A stretch of DNA of 64,000 bases. Source: an uncultured Clostridia bacterium (GTDB lineage: Bacteria > Bacillota > Clostridia > Peptostreptococcales > Anaerovoracaceae). Shown here in pieces: positions 49,694-59,373 of the stretch. A program made the translations under genes and the position numbers. The DNA lies in NCBI GenBank assembly GCA_934281605.1, contig CAKQXD010000008.1, forward strand, positions 15,114 through 79,113. The letters are read 5' to 3'. Numbering within the stretch: position 1 is the first letter of the stretch; each line of letters begins with the position of its first letter. The notes under the pieces are model-generated. The model made no database searches. It worked only from the letters and a program-made list of their open reading frames with translations, and was not told the origin of the DNA.

Positions 49694-52669
49694 ATGAAAA
49701 ACACGAAGAAAAACAAACTACTCTCACTTCTGCTGTGTGGCGCTATGGTTTTCTCGACCTTTGCATTCCTGCCGGCGCGCGTGAATGCGGCGGATGAAAC
49801 GCAGGCTAACGAAGCGACCCGGCAGACCGATGGCAAGGACGCTGCCTCGCAGACCGAGACTAAAGCGCAGGATACGAAGGCGGATAAGGCAAAGAACGGC
49901 AGTCAGGTGACGGAGTCGAAAAAAAGTACAGCTTCCAAGACGTCAACGGTGAAAACCGTGGACTTTACGAAAGCCGCGCCGTTTCTCGATCCGGTAGTCG
50001 GCAAAACGACTGCGAAAAAAGCCAAAGCTGCGAAATCGGCTAAGGCTGCGAGTGCTTCCGATGAATCCACCGGAGTCGATAACGACGGTGTTGTAACTAA
50101 CAAAACTGTAACAAAAAATGAGAATGGCTCATACAAGATTCGTCTGGAATCCTATGTTACAGGGGCGTCGACTACGACGACCGTGACCGAAGATGTACCG
50201 ACGGATATCGTGCTGGTGCTGGACCAGTCGGGAAGTATGGCGGATCCGTTTGGATCGGATGAGTATACTAAGGTTTATAAAGATGATCTGGATACATCAA
50301 AGACATATTATGTGGAAGGTAACAGGGGATACAAGGAAGTATCCTGGTGCGATACCTGTGAAACCTGGACTGATGGATGTCGAAACTATGGCTGGTATCA
50401 TTCCAAAGGGACCTTATATAATCCTAAAACTAGTGATTCGTCAAGCGGAACGCAATTTTATATCCTTCAGCAGGCACAAATCAAGTTACAGGCTTTACAG
50501 GATGCGGTTACTTCATTCTGCGATTCCGTAGCTGATAAGGCAAATGGTGCGGATAAGACCGCAGGGACTATGGATGATGTAAATCACAGAATTGCCATTG
50601 TAGGATTTGGAAGCGACGGCACTTCGAATAGCAATTATTATTATACGAATACAGAGCTGTTTAAGGGTTCTACCCAGACCAGATATGATAACCTGACCGA
50701 AGCGGATTATACAAGTGCCTTTCAGGATATGAATACAGCGACTGGCAAAAGCAATGTTATAAAATCCATAGAGGCGTTAGATGCTAAGGGTGCTACGAGA
50801 GCGGATCTCGGTATGGATATGGCAAAATCCATATTAGATAAAAATTCTGTTCAGCCCGGGGAAAAAAGAAATCGCGTCGTCATCATGTTTACCGATGGAA
50901 GTCCAACGGCAACGAATGGATTCCAATTGAATGTTGCGAACGATGCCATCACGAAAGCAGGCGAGATCAAAACCGCAGGGACTACTGTATATTCCGTTGG
51001 CATCTTTGAGGGGGCGGATGCAACCAGTGCAGGAACAAATCCTGGCGGCAATCTGCAGCAGAATTCCGCGTCCTTGCCGGCGGCTTGCAACTGGTTTATG
51101 CAGAACCTTTCCAGCAATAACGGTACTCCACAGACTCCTAGCTACTACCTTTCTGCCAGCAATAGTGCATCGTTGAGCGAAATTTTCAAGCAGATTTCCG
51201 ATCAGATACAGACGGGAGGAGCCAGTGTAAAGCTGGACAGCACAACGGTTGTAAAGGATATTGTTTCGGACTACTTTGAACTGCCATCGGGTGCAACGGC
51301 AAGTGATATTACGTTGAAAACAGCTGACTTTGATGGATATGAAGCCGATGGGGAAACAGCAAAATGGAAAAATGAAGGAACAGCGCAAGGTGTTACAGCA
51401 AGCATATCCGATAAAACGGTAAATGTCACAGGCTTTGATTTTGCTGCCAATTATGTGGGGATTGATGATAACAATGGAGTGAAATCCAATCGCGGGAAAA
51501 AACTGATTATCGAATTCGATGTGAAGGTGCGCAATGGATTCCTTGGCGGGAATGGCGTTCCAAGCAACGGTGCAGACTCCGGTATTTATACGAAGAAAGA
51601 TGGAGTCGATACGGTTGTAGAGAATTTTGAACAGCCAACCGTTGATGTTCCGGTCAGCAAGATCACTGCGGCGGCTTCCGATAAAAACGTATATCTGGAG
51701 GGCAGTCTTAGTGCAAGTGATATTCGTTCGGGTGTTACCGTGAAAGCGGGAAGCAACACGCTGGATTTAACGAAGGATAACTTTGGCCTTGAACCATGGC
51801 AGAATGCTTTTGTCGATATCAGTGCTACAGTGAAGGATAAAAATGATAACGATATTTTAGCTGAGGAGTATGATGGAATGAACAATCTGACAGAGGACGA
51901 TTCGTACACGGTGAGCGCTTCCATCAAAGCCAAATCCGGCGATGGAGGAAATGCAGATTCTGCGACTGGCAAAGTCAATGTCTTCAAACCGGAGCTGACG
52001 TATAAAGACAGCACGGCATATTACGGTGATACAGCGCCGACAAGCTATGATAGCAACATGGTAGACAGTGCTCTTTGGAAGCATGGAAGTACGACAGATA
52101 CAGACGTAGTTATGACGGGAAGCAGACCAGAGCTGACGATTTACTATGATCCGGCCATCGGAGATACCAACTGGTATAAGGATAATAAGATTTCCGCCAA
52201 ACACGATATTCCGGTCAAGGCAACGGTGAAAATCGGCAATAAAAATGTAACGGATCATATTACTTTTAAGCATGAAAACTGTGCTGGATCCTGCGGATTT
52301 GACAAAGACAAGGAGCAGTTCCTGATCCATGTGAAGGCCTGCAGCCTGACTGTGAAAAAAGAGGGCGGCATGGCAGGAGAGCCGTATGTGATGAACATCT
52401 ATAAAGACGGAGTGCTCTATACCTCGATGACGATCGTCGGCAACAGCAGCGAAACGATAAAAGAGCTGCCAGTGGGAACATACACTGTACAGGAAGATAC
52501 CGACTGGGCTTGGAGATATAAAGATCCTGCCCCAGCAATTTCAGCAGGAGTTGGTCTGAGCAAGAATCATACATCAGGAACGATCACCGTTGAGAACCGT
52601 GACAGATATGGCTCTTTCCTCAATGGATACAGTACCGTTGTGAAGAACGTTTTGGAAACGAGTAAGTAA
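49694..52669 (+). CDS. large secreted VWA-domain protein with C-terminal CnaB/isopeptide-like domain (tip-adhesin-like), no LPXTG
   Basis: Signal peptide ..FLPARVNAADE; VWA MIDAS IVLVLDQSGSM, IAIVGFGSDGT, VVIMFTDGSPT; C-terminal SLTVKKEGG..YVMNIYKDGVLY..LPVGTYTVQEDTD..TITVENR resembles SpaA/CnaB isopeptide domains. Confidence 0.6.
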   Translation: MKNTKKNKLLSLLLCGAMVFSTFAFLPARVNAADETQANEATRQTDGKDAASQTETKAQDTKADKAKNGSQVTESKKSTASKTSTVKTVDFTKAAPFLDPVVGKTTAKKAKAAKSAKAASASDESTGVDNDGVVTNKTVTKNENGSYKIRLESYVTGASTTTTVTEDVPTDIVLVLDQSGSMADPFGSDEYTKVYKDDLDTSKTYYVEGNRGYKEVSWCDTCETWTDGCRNYGWYHSKGTLYNPKTSDSSSGTQFYILQQAQIKLQALQDAVTSFCDSVADKANGADKTAGTMDDVNHRIAIVGFGSDGTSNSNYYYTNTELFKGSTQTRYDNLTEADYTSAFQDMNTATGKSNVIKSIEALDAKGATRADLGMDMAKSILDKNSVQPGEKRNRVVIMFTDGSPTATNGFQLNVANDAITKAGEIKTAGTTVYSVGIFEGADATSAGTNPGGNLQQNSASLPAACNWFMQNLSSNNGTPQTPSYYLSASNSASLSEIFKQISDQIQTGGASVKLDSTTVVKDIVSDYFELPSGATASDITLKTADFDGYEADGETAKWKNEGTAQGVTASISDKTVNVTGFDFAANYVGIDDNNGVKSNRGKKLIIEFDVKVRNGFLGGNGVPSNGADSGIYTKKDGVDTVVENFEQPTVDVPVSKITAAASDKNVYLEGSLSASDIRSGVTVKAGSNTLDLTKDNFGLEPWQNAFVDISATVKDKNDNDILAEEYDGMNNLTEDDSYTVSASIKAKSGDGGNADSATGKVNVFKPELTYKDSTAYYGDTAPTSYDSNMVDSALWKHGSTTDTDVVMTGSRPELTIYYDPAIGDTNWYKDNKISAKHDIPVKATVKIGNKNVTDHITFKHENCAGSCGFDKDKEQFLIHVKACSLTVKKEGGMAGEPYVMNIYKDGVLYTSMTIVGNSSETIKELPVGTYTVQEDTDWAWRYKDPAPAISAGVGLSKNHTSGTITVENRDRYGSFLNGYSTVVKNVLETSK

Positions 52670-52684
52670 AGGAGGTAGGTACGA

Positions 52685-53260
52685 ATGAGAATGAATTTCA
52701 TGAAAAGACGAAGCAGTACAGCCTCCACGAAAATGATGGTGCTGGCAATATCAATCATATTACTTTTAAGCACAGCCGTAATGGGAACCATGATGTTTCT
52801 GGTAAGCAAGACTCCTGTGGTCACCAATACCTTTGCTCCTGCAAAGGTCACCTGCGAGGTGCAGGAGCAGTTTGACGGTACGGTGAAGAAAAACGTTACA
52901 GCAAAGAATACCAGCAATATCGATGCCTATCTGCGCATCAAGCTGGTTTCTTACAGAGTCAATGCAGATGGAGAACGCATCGGCGGAACAGTAGTGATCC
53001 CGAACTTTACGCCGGGTTCCGGCTGGTTTGAACAGGATGGTTTTTACTACTATCATAAGCCGGTTGCACCGGGCGAAATACCGGATGTAAACCTGATTGG
53101 TGATTCTGGAATAACCCTTGTAATCTACACGGATGCAGACGGCGGCAAGCAGGTCATCGAAGTGATCGCAGAAGCGATCCAGGCGAAACCGACCAGCGTC
53201 GTAGCCGATCAATGGAACGTTACAGTCAATGACAGTGGAACCATCAGTAAAAAGAACTAA
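52685..53260 (+). CDS. TasA-like small protein paralogous to 47608
   Basis: MGTMMFLVSKTPVVTNTFAPAKVTCEV parallels GTMAFLTSKDKVNNTFTVGNV; AAGGAGG RBS. Confidence 0.5.
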   Translation: MRMNFMKRRSSTASTKMMVLAISIILLLSTAVMGTMMFLVSKTPVVTNTFAPAKVTCEVQEQFDGTVKKNVTAKNTSNIDAYLRIKLVSYRVNADGERIGGTVVIPNFTPGSGWFEQDGFYYYHKPVAPGEIPDVNLIGDSGITLVIYTDADGGKQVIEVIAEAIQAKPTSVVADQWNVTVNDSGTISKKN

Positions 53261-53272
53261 GGAGGTGCGATC

Positions 53273-53965
53273 ATGAAAAAAACAATTACAATACTCTCGT
53301 CCTTGGTTCTCGTGCTGATCCTGGCGTGCGGGACGGCGGCGCCGTCCTTTGCAGGAGAATCTCATGTAACGTATCAGGGAAAAGCGAAAGACTTCGTGTT
53401 CCAGCCGGGAAGCAGTTACTCGCCGACCGACCTTTTCACCAACTTCAAAGGCGTGATGCCGGGGGATCAGCTGACGCAGCAGATTCAGGTGAAGAATGAC
53501 GCATCGAAAAAAGTGAAAGTGAAACTTTACATAAAAGCTCTCGGTCCTGCAGAACTGCAGGGTGCCAATGGCGGGCAGATCGTCAGCAAAGAGGATTCTG
53601 CGGACTTTCTCAAAGAAATGAATCTGACGGTAACGCAGGATGGCAAGTCGAAGCTGTTTCAGGCACCTGCCGATCAGACTGCCGGTCTCACTGACTGGGT
53701 CTGCCTGGGGACATTTTACTCCGGTGCGGACGTGATGCTCAATGTGAGCCTTGATGTGCCGATCACCATGGGAAACGATTACCAGGATCGGATCGGTGCG
53801 CTGGACTGGCAGTTTATGGCGGAGGAATATCCGATTTCCAAGGATGATCCGAAAGCTGCAAAGACCGGTGACGACATGAATATCTGGCTGTATGCAGGAA
53901 TAGGAGCAGTCGCGCTTCTGGCGGCAGGACTCGTGTTCGCGACACGCCGGAAAAAATCAGAATAA
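53273..53965 (+). CDS. secreted TasA-like-fold protein with C-terminal sorting-signal-like membrane anchor
   Basis: Sec signal ..APSFAGE; PGDQLTQQIQVKNDASKKVKVKLYI resembles the TasA core; C-terminus PKAAKTGDD plus a 20-aa hydrophobic stretch plus RRKKSE (tripartite, LPXTG-like but P replaced by A). Confidence 0.5.
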   Translation: MKKTITILSSLVLVLILACGTAAPSFAGESHVTYQGKAKDFVFQPGSSYSPTDLFTNFKGVMPGDQLTQQIQVKNDASKKVKVKLYIKALGPAELQGANGGQIVSKEDSADFLKEMNLTVTQDGKSKLFQAPADQTAGLTDWVCLGTFYSGADVMLNVSLDVPITMGNDYQDRIGALDWQFMAEEYPISKDDPKAAKTGDDMNIWLYAGIGAVALLAAGLVFATRRKKSE

Positions 53966-54044
53966 CAGGATAACGAAATAACTCATAAAAAACTTGTCAC
54001 CGGGATTTTTTAATCCTCATGACAAGTTTTTTCTTTTCATATTA

Positions 54045-54578
54045 TTAACTTAATTTCATCACATCTATCCCGCGGCCTTTGATGCGGCGCTGATAAAACA
54101 GGATGAGCGCGGTAAAGACGAAGTCATAGAGCAGCAGGAATGCAACGCCTGCGATGATCAGCAGCCAGACCGGGTAATCCGGCAGATGGATGCTTCCCAT
54201 GAGAAGCTGCTTGAAGCCCAGCAGACCGATGGTCAGCAGTACAGCGAAGAATCCTGATTTTAAGGACAGCTGGATCCAGCGGCTGGACAGCTTTTCGATA
54301 TAGTATTTAACGATCCCGTAGTATCCGAAGAGAAATGCGTAGGGGATCATGGCCAGCTTGTTAGGAATGATGGCGAATCCCAAAAGCACGGCGGCCACGT
54401 AAAGGAGCAGGCCGCCCTTGACTCCAGCTTCCAGGATCATCACCGCCGTGAACACAGAGCCAATGGCAAACAGCGTCAGCTCGATACCCGGCACGATGGA
54501 TCCGCCGAATAAACACACCATCGTAAGAGCAAGGCAGATTCCGCCCAGCGCGATTTTTATTGTTTTCGAAGATTTCAT
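54045..54578 (-). CDS. polytopic membrane protein, unknown function
   Basis: 177 aa, about 5 TM helices. Confidence 0.4.
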   Translation of the reverse strand: MKSSKTIKIALGGICLALTMVCLFGGSIVPGIELTLFAIGSVFTAVMILEAGVKGGLLLYVAAVLLGFAIIPNKLAMIPYAFLFGYYGIVKYYIEKLSSRWIQLSLKSGFFAVLLTIGLLGFKQLLMGSIHLPDYPVWLLIIAGVAFLLLYDFVFTALILFYQRRIKGRGIDVMKLS

Positions 54579-54639
54579 AGGGTTCCTTTCCGTGGAGTTT
54601 TCACGGCTGTCTTCAGCCGCTCTCTCAAAATCCCAGCGC

Positions 54640-55209
54640 CTAGATGCAGTCGCAGCAGCAGTCGGCGCAGATGTAGCACTGCAGCGCCTGACAGCACATA
54701 TCGTTGCTGTTGCCGTAGCCCCGTCCGTAAGCCTGGTTCTGGTACTGATTTCCCATGCTCATCATCTGCCCGTAAATCCGGCTGTATTCCACGTTGCCCG
54801 GTTCCATATCGGCAGCTGTACGCAGCTTGTTCATAGCGTCATCGTACCAGCCCTTTTTATAGGAAAGCATACCCGACAGGAAAAACCATTCGGCGCTTCT
54901 GTCGTTGGTGCCGTTGAGCATGGCTTCCGCTGCGGACAGGTTGTTGGCGTCCAGATAGCGGCGGACCTGCATGTAGTCCGGCGTGGCGCCGTATCCGGTG
55001 CTCCCGGTACTGCCTCCGCTTCTGCCGCGGCCCTTCATCAGCATATCGTAAGCTTCGTTGATTTCCTGCAGCTTTTCTTCTGCCAGGTCAGCCAGCGGAT
55101 TGTCGTGATATTTGTCCGGGTGATATTTCTTGACCAGTTCCTTGTAGGCTTTCTTGATTTCTTCATCGGTGGCGTTTTCGGAAACGCCTAATACTTCATA
55201 CGGGTTCAT
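54640..55209 (-). CDS. J-domain (DnaJ N-terminal) protein with TPR-like middle and C-terminal Cys cluster
   Basis: [33 protein letters not shown] with HPD motif; C-terminus [18 protein letters not shown]. Confidence 0.6.
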   Translation of the reverse strand: MNPYEVLGVSENATDEEIKKAYKELVKKYHPDKYHDNPLADLAEEKLQEINEAYDMLMKGRGRSGGSTGSTGYGATPDYMQVRRYLDANNLSAAEAMLNGTNDRSAEWFFLSGMLSYKKGWYDDAMNKLRTAADMEPGNVEYSRIYGQMMSMGNQYQNQAYGRGYGNSNDMCCQALQCYICADCCCDCI

Positions 55210-55232
55210 AGAATTGGGTACTCCTTTTATTC

Positions 55233-56180
55233 TTAAATACGTTTTTTCTTTTCTACGCGTGTGATGATTTCCTCGGTTTTGCGGTTGAGTCCGAGGTAGA
55301 TGATGTTCTCCAGTATCCCCTGATTTTTCTGCAAAGGCAGCTCCTGCAGGCTGTTGCTGGCGATGGCCAGGTAGTGGAACAGGTTGAAGCGGAGATCCGG
55401 TTCGATCCGGTCGCGAAACTCCTGTGGCGTTTCGCCCGCAGCCTCATAGGAAAACCGGTAGAGCAGGGGGTTGTAGGAACCGCTTTCCAGGTTTTCTTCG
55501 ATATCGTCTACGGCGTCGATCAGGTAGATCCATTTGCCCAGGTGCCAGCCGATCCGACCAGTGGTTTCCATCAGACCGTCGAGGTCTATGCTTTTAGTCT
55601 TCTCCGAAGGTTTGTTCCCAGTCAGTTCCGTCCCGGCATTCTCCCCATACAGCGCCCGCACTCCTTCCCGAAAGATGATCTCCATTATGCAGGAAAAGGC
55701 GTCGGCCGCCTGGTCGATGCTGCCGCAGTGAGCCGCTTCCAGAGTTGCCAGGGATTCCAGGTTGTCCTCGAGCCCTTTGCACAGATCCGGATACTGAACC
55801 CGCAGCTTCCGGTAGATCCCCCGGAGCATCACCATGGTCGCCTTGGCGTAGAGCCGGTTCTCGTCCTTTGCATCGTCTAACAGCTTGTACCACGCCAGAA
55901 GCAGCATGACGTCCCCGGCATAGTCCACGGCCCGGTTGTAAATCAAAGTTTTCTTCTTGATGGGATGTACGACGCAGTGCTCCTGGGCGGGAGCATCGGG
56001 AGCATCTGAAAGCGACTCCAGCAGGATAGCCAGAAACGCGGCATCATAACTGAGGGCCATCCGCGGCAGCTGCCCGTAGCGTCGGCCGATGGATTTGCAG
56101 ATCCCGCAGTAGTATCCGCAGTACACTTCGTATTCCCGGACTTTTAATTCTCCTTTGTCGATTTTCACATATCCCAGCAT
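55233..56180 (-). CDS. DUF5685 family protein (partner of the J-domain protein)
   Basis: [30 protein letters not shown] matches my recollection of the DUF5685 N-terminal pattern MFGY..PELKV.EYE.Y...YCGLCK; ATG at 56178-56180, whereas the ORF-track start is a TTG. Confidence 0.45.
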   Translation of the reverse strand: MLGYVKIDKGELKVREYEVYCGYYCGICKSIGRRYGQLPRMALSYDAAFLAILLESLSDAPDAPAQEHCVVHPIKKKTLIYNRAVDYAGDVMLLLAWYKLLDDAKDENRLYAKATMVMLRGIYRKLRVQYPDLCKGLEDNLESLATLEAAHCGSIDQAADAFSCIMEIIFREGVRALYGENAGTELTGNKPSEKTKSIDLDGLMETTGRIGWHLGKWIYLIDAVDDIEENLESGSYNPLLYRFSYEAAGETPQEFRDRIEPDLRFNLFHYLAIASNSLQELPLQKNQGILENIIYLGLNRKTEEIITRVEKKKRI

Positions 56181-56337
56181 ATAGAAAGAGTAGCATAAAA
56201 CTATGGACAATTCAAATGATTCCCGTGAAGATTTCCTGAAAATGCAGAAAATCCGCCGGCTCTTCAGCAAAGAGCACAGCGGATTTCCCGAAAACTAATT
56301 GATAAAAGAGGCCAATGCCTTGCTTTTCTACGTTTTT

Positions 56338-58449
56338 CTACTTCTTCACGATCCCGTAGTACACCTTGGACGTCAGCCAGTATACCACCCAGTAGAACAG
56401 GGCGAATGCCAGGAAGCATCCCACTGTGCAGAGGGTGAAGAGCCTCAGATTGAACAGGTTCATCAGCGTCAGGATCCGATACAGGAACGGGAAGGCGAAA
56501 CCGATGTGGACGCCTGCAGTCACCAGCGGCAGGAAGAACACCGTCAGGATCTGCGACCGGATAGTCTGCTTTACCTCGTGGTGGCTCATGCCCACATTCT
56601 GTAGGATGCTAAACCGCTGTTTGTCCTCGTAGCCCTCCGTGATCTGCTTGTAGTACATGATCAGGATGGTGGCCATCAGGAACAGGATCCCCAGGAAGAT
56701 GCCCACGAAGAACAGCCCGGAGTAAACGCCGCGGAAGCTGGCCTCTTCATTGGTGCGGCATTCCAGACTGCCGTTGAACCCCGGATCCGCCTTTGCCATA
56801 GCGATGGAAGACGGCTGCGGAGCATCGGACTTTGCAGCATCTGCCGCATCGTTCATCGCCTGGATATCATCCCACGTCTTGTGGTACGCCGCCAGGATCT
56901 GATCCTTCTGCTTCTCCGCATTGCCGGTCACGTCAGCCATGTAGTTGATCTCCAGCCAGGAGCCGAATTTATCTGCCTTATCGCCCAGCGCTTTATTCTG
57001 ACCGGTCTTCATCTTTTCGATTACCGAAAGGTCTTTCACGACCAGATAATGTCCGGAAGAAATCTTGGCAGCGGTGTTTCCATTGGGCATGAAGCTCGGC
57101 AACGTCTTTTTTATATGGAGGGACAGGTCGAACACGTTGATGGTGCCTGTCGGAAGTTCCTGCCGGCTGGAATAGGCCAGCACTTCGTTTTCCCCAAGCG
57201 TCTCGTTTGTGCCCATGGCTTTGTTGTAATCCTCCAGCGGCACGACTACGAAAGTGACCAGCTGGTTGTACTTCTGCATGGCAGAGAAATTGCTGTAAAG
57301 GCTTGGGTCGGTCACGAAAAAATCCTTACTCTTTTCATAGATGGCGCTGAAGGAAAAATCCCGGTAAGCGATCTCATGCGTCAGGGTCAGCCCCTCGGAT
57401 CTGGCGTTGTCCCGCAGCGCTTTCAGTCCCTGGTCAAAATAGTCGTTGTCCTGCGCCATGCACGTGATGTTGTATTCCGCCGGATAACGCTGTTTCAGCG
57501 CATCGTTCACGCCCAGATACATGGACAGGGTCGTGGAAATGATGACCAGCACCATGGTGGAAAGGATGCAGATGTTGGCAAGGCCCACCGCATTCTTTTT
57601 CATCCGGTACATCATGGCGGAAATGCTGACGAAATGCTTCGTCTTATAGTAATACCCCTTGTTCTTTTTCAAAAGCTTGAGCAGCGCGATGCTCCCGGCG
57701 GTAAACACCAGATACGTGCCGATGATGACCAGCACCACTGCGATGAAAAACATGGCGATAGCAGCCACCGGATTGTCGGTGGTTACCGCGATGTAATACC
57801 CGGCAGCCAGGCAGATCACTCCGGCAACCGCCAGGATCCACTTGGCCTTCGGCTCTTTTTCGCCGGTCGTCCGGCTCTTCAGCAGATCCACCGGCTTGGA
57901 ACGGTAGATGTGCCGCATGGAGTTAAAAAACATCAGCAGGAAGATGCCGCCGAACAGCACCAGACTTTGCAGGATGGAGCTGACGGAAATATAGAACCCC
58001 AGCGGAACCTTTGCAGCCAGCATATGGGAGATGATCAGGTACAATAATTTATCCAGCAGGATCCCCAGAATCAGCCCCGCCGCTATGGTGATGAGGAAGG
58101 TGTAAACCGTTTCCAGGAAGATCACCCGGCAGATGTGCTTCTTTTCCATGCCTAAAATATTGTACAGACCGAACTCACTCCGGCGCCGCTTCACGAGGAA
58201 GCTGTTGATGTAAAACAGGAAGATCACCGCGAAAATAGCCGTCACGCCCTGTCCCAGGGTCATGTAGGACGATATCATATCGCCGCCCCACATTTCCGAG
58301 ATCCCCTTGTTGGCCCCCAGCGAGCCGATGATGTAAAACAGCGCGATGGTCAGGCTGCAGGACAGCATATAGGGCAGGTAGGTCTTCCGGTTGTTTTTGA
58401 TGTTGGTGAACGCCATACCCGGATAAAGCTTAGCCATGGATACCACCAC
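56338..58449 (-). CDS. BceB-like FtsX-family ABC transporter permease
   Basis: 703 aa, 10 TM helices with a large extracellular loop. Confidence 0.65.
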   Translation of the reverse strand: MVVSMAKLYPGMAFTNIKNNRKTYLPYMLSCSLTIALFYIIGSLGANKGISEMWGGDMISSYMTLGQGVTAIFAVIFLFYINSFLVKRRRSEFGLYNILGMEKKHICRVIFLETVYTFLITIAAGLILGILLDKLLYLIISHMLAAKVPLGFYISVSSILQSLVLFGGIFLLMFFNSMRHIYRSKPVDLLKSRTTGEKEPKAKWILAVAGVICLAAGYYIAVTTDNPVAAIAMFFIAVVLVIIGTYLVFTAGSIALLKLLKKNKGYYYKTKHFVSISAMMYRMKKNAVGLANICILSTMVLVIISTTLSMYLGVNDALKQRYPAEYNITCMAQDNDYFDQGLKALRDNARSEGLTLTHEIAYRDFSFSAIYEKSKDFFVTDPSLYSNFSAMQKYNQLVTFVVVPLEDYNKAMGTNETLGENEVLAYSSRQELPTGTINVFDLSLHIKKTLPSFMPNGNTAAKISSGHYLVVKDLSVIEKMKTGQNKALGDKADKFGSWLEINYMADVTGNAEKQKDQILAAYHKTWDDIQAMNDAADAAKSDAPQPSSIAMAKADPGFNGSLECRTNEEASFRGVYSGLFFVGIFLGILFLMATILIMYYKQITEGYEDKQRFSILQNVGMSHHEVKQTIRSQILTVFFLPLVTAGVHIGFAFPFLYRILTLMNLFNLRLFTLCTVGCFLAFALFYWVVYWLTSKVYYGIVKK

Positions 58450-59197
58450 CCGTCGCCATGCTGGTCAGTGTGTCGGAAATCTTCTGGAACATTTCCTCGT
58501 TGGTGGAATTGCCCCGGTACATCTGGTGGAACACCGATCCGTCGCCGATGAACAGCACCCGGCTGGCATGGCTTGCCGCCTTCACCGAATGGGTCACCAT
58601 CAGGATCGTCTGCCCTGACTGATTGATCCGATTGAACATCTGCAGAAGATCGTCCGAAGACCGGGAATCCAGCGCCCCGGTCGGTTCGTCTGCCAGGATC
58701 AGCTTCGGCTGGGTGATCAGCGCCCGCGCCACCGCGGCCCTCTGCTTCTGACCGCCCGAAACCTCATACGGATATTTATATAACAGCTCCGAGATACCAA
58801 GCATCGCCGCCAGCGGTTTCAGCCTCTGGTTCATCTCATGGTACTTCTTGCCCGACAGCACCAGCGGGAGCATGATATTGTCCATCAGGTTGAACGTATC
58901 CAGAAGATTAAAATCCTGGAATACGAACCCCAGATTCGTGCGCCGGAATGCCGAAAGCTCCTTTTCGCTTATCGCCGTCAGATCGCGCCCCTCCAGCAGC
59001 ACCTTGCCCCGCGTCGGCCGGTCCAGTGCAGCCAGGATATTCAGGAGCGTCGTCTTGCCAGATCCCGATTCCCCCATGATCGCAACGTACTCCCCGGCTT
59101 CCACCGAAAACGTCACATCGCGAAGCGCCTGCACGCTGGAGCCGCCAAACCGCGTCGTATAAATTTTCTCAACATTATTTACCTCTAAAATAGCCAT
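58430..59197 (-). CDS. BceA-like ABC transporter ATP-binding protein
   Basis: MAILEVNNVEKIY.., GESGSGKTT, LSGGQKQR; ATG at 59195-59197 with GGAGG RBS. Confidence 0.7.
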   Translation of the reverse strand: MAILEVNNVEKIYTTRFGGSSVQALRDVTFSVEAGEYVAIMGESGSGKTTLLNILAALDRPTRGKVLLEGRDLTAISEKELSAFRRTNLGFVFQDFNLLDTFNLMDNIMLPLVLSGKKYHEMNQRLKPLAAMLGISELLYKYPYEVSGGQKQRAAVARALITQPKLILADEPTGALDSRSSDDLLQMFNRINQSGQTILMVTHSVKAASHASRVLFIGDGSVFHQMYRGNSTNEEMFQKISDTLTSMATGGGIHG

Positions 59198-59373
59198 GTC
59201 GGCGTACCTCCTTATTCGTTCTGCAATAAGAGTACCAGAGAAAAAAAGCCGCTGCCATGGATTTCCCTTACGACAGCGACCCCTAACCTTACAGTTTTGT
59301 AAGATAGCTCCTTCTTTTCTGCAAAGCGCGCTCCGCGCGTTCCGGTGCAGGCGTCGGATGGGACCCGACCCCA

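Noticed and set aside
49694-52669. Classical sortase-dependent pilus tip pilin
   Set aside because: It has the VWA plus CnaB-like composition but lacks an LPXTG motif, hydrophobic tail and neighbouring sortase; the context is SipW/TasA-type instead.
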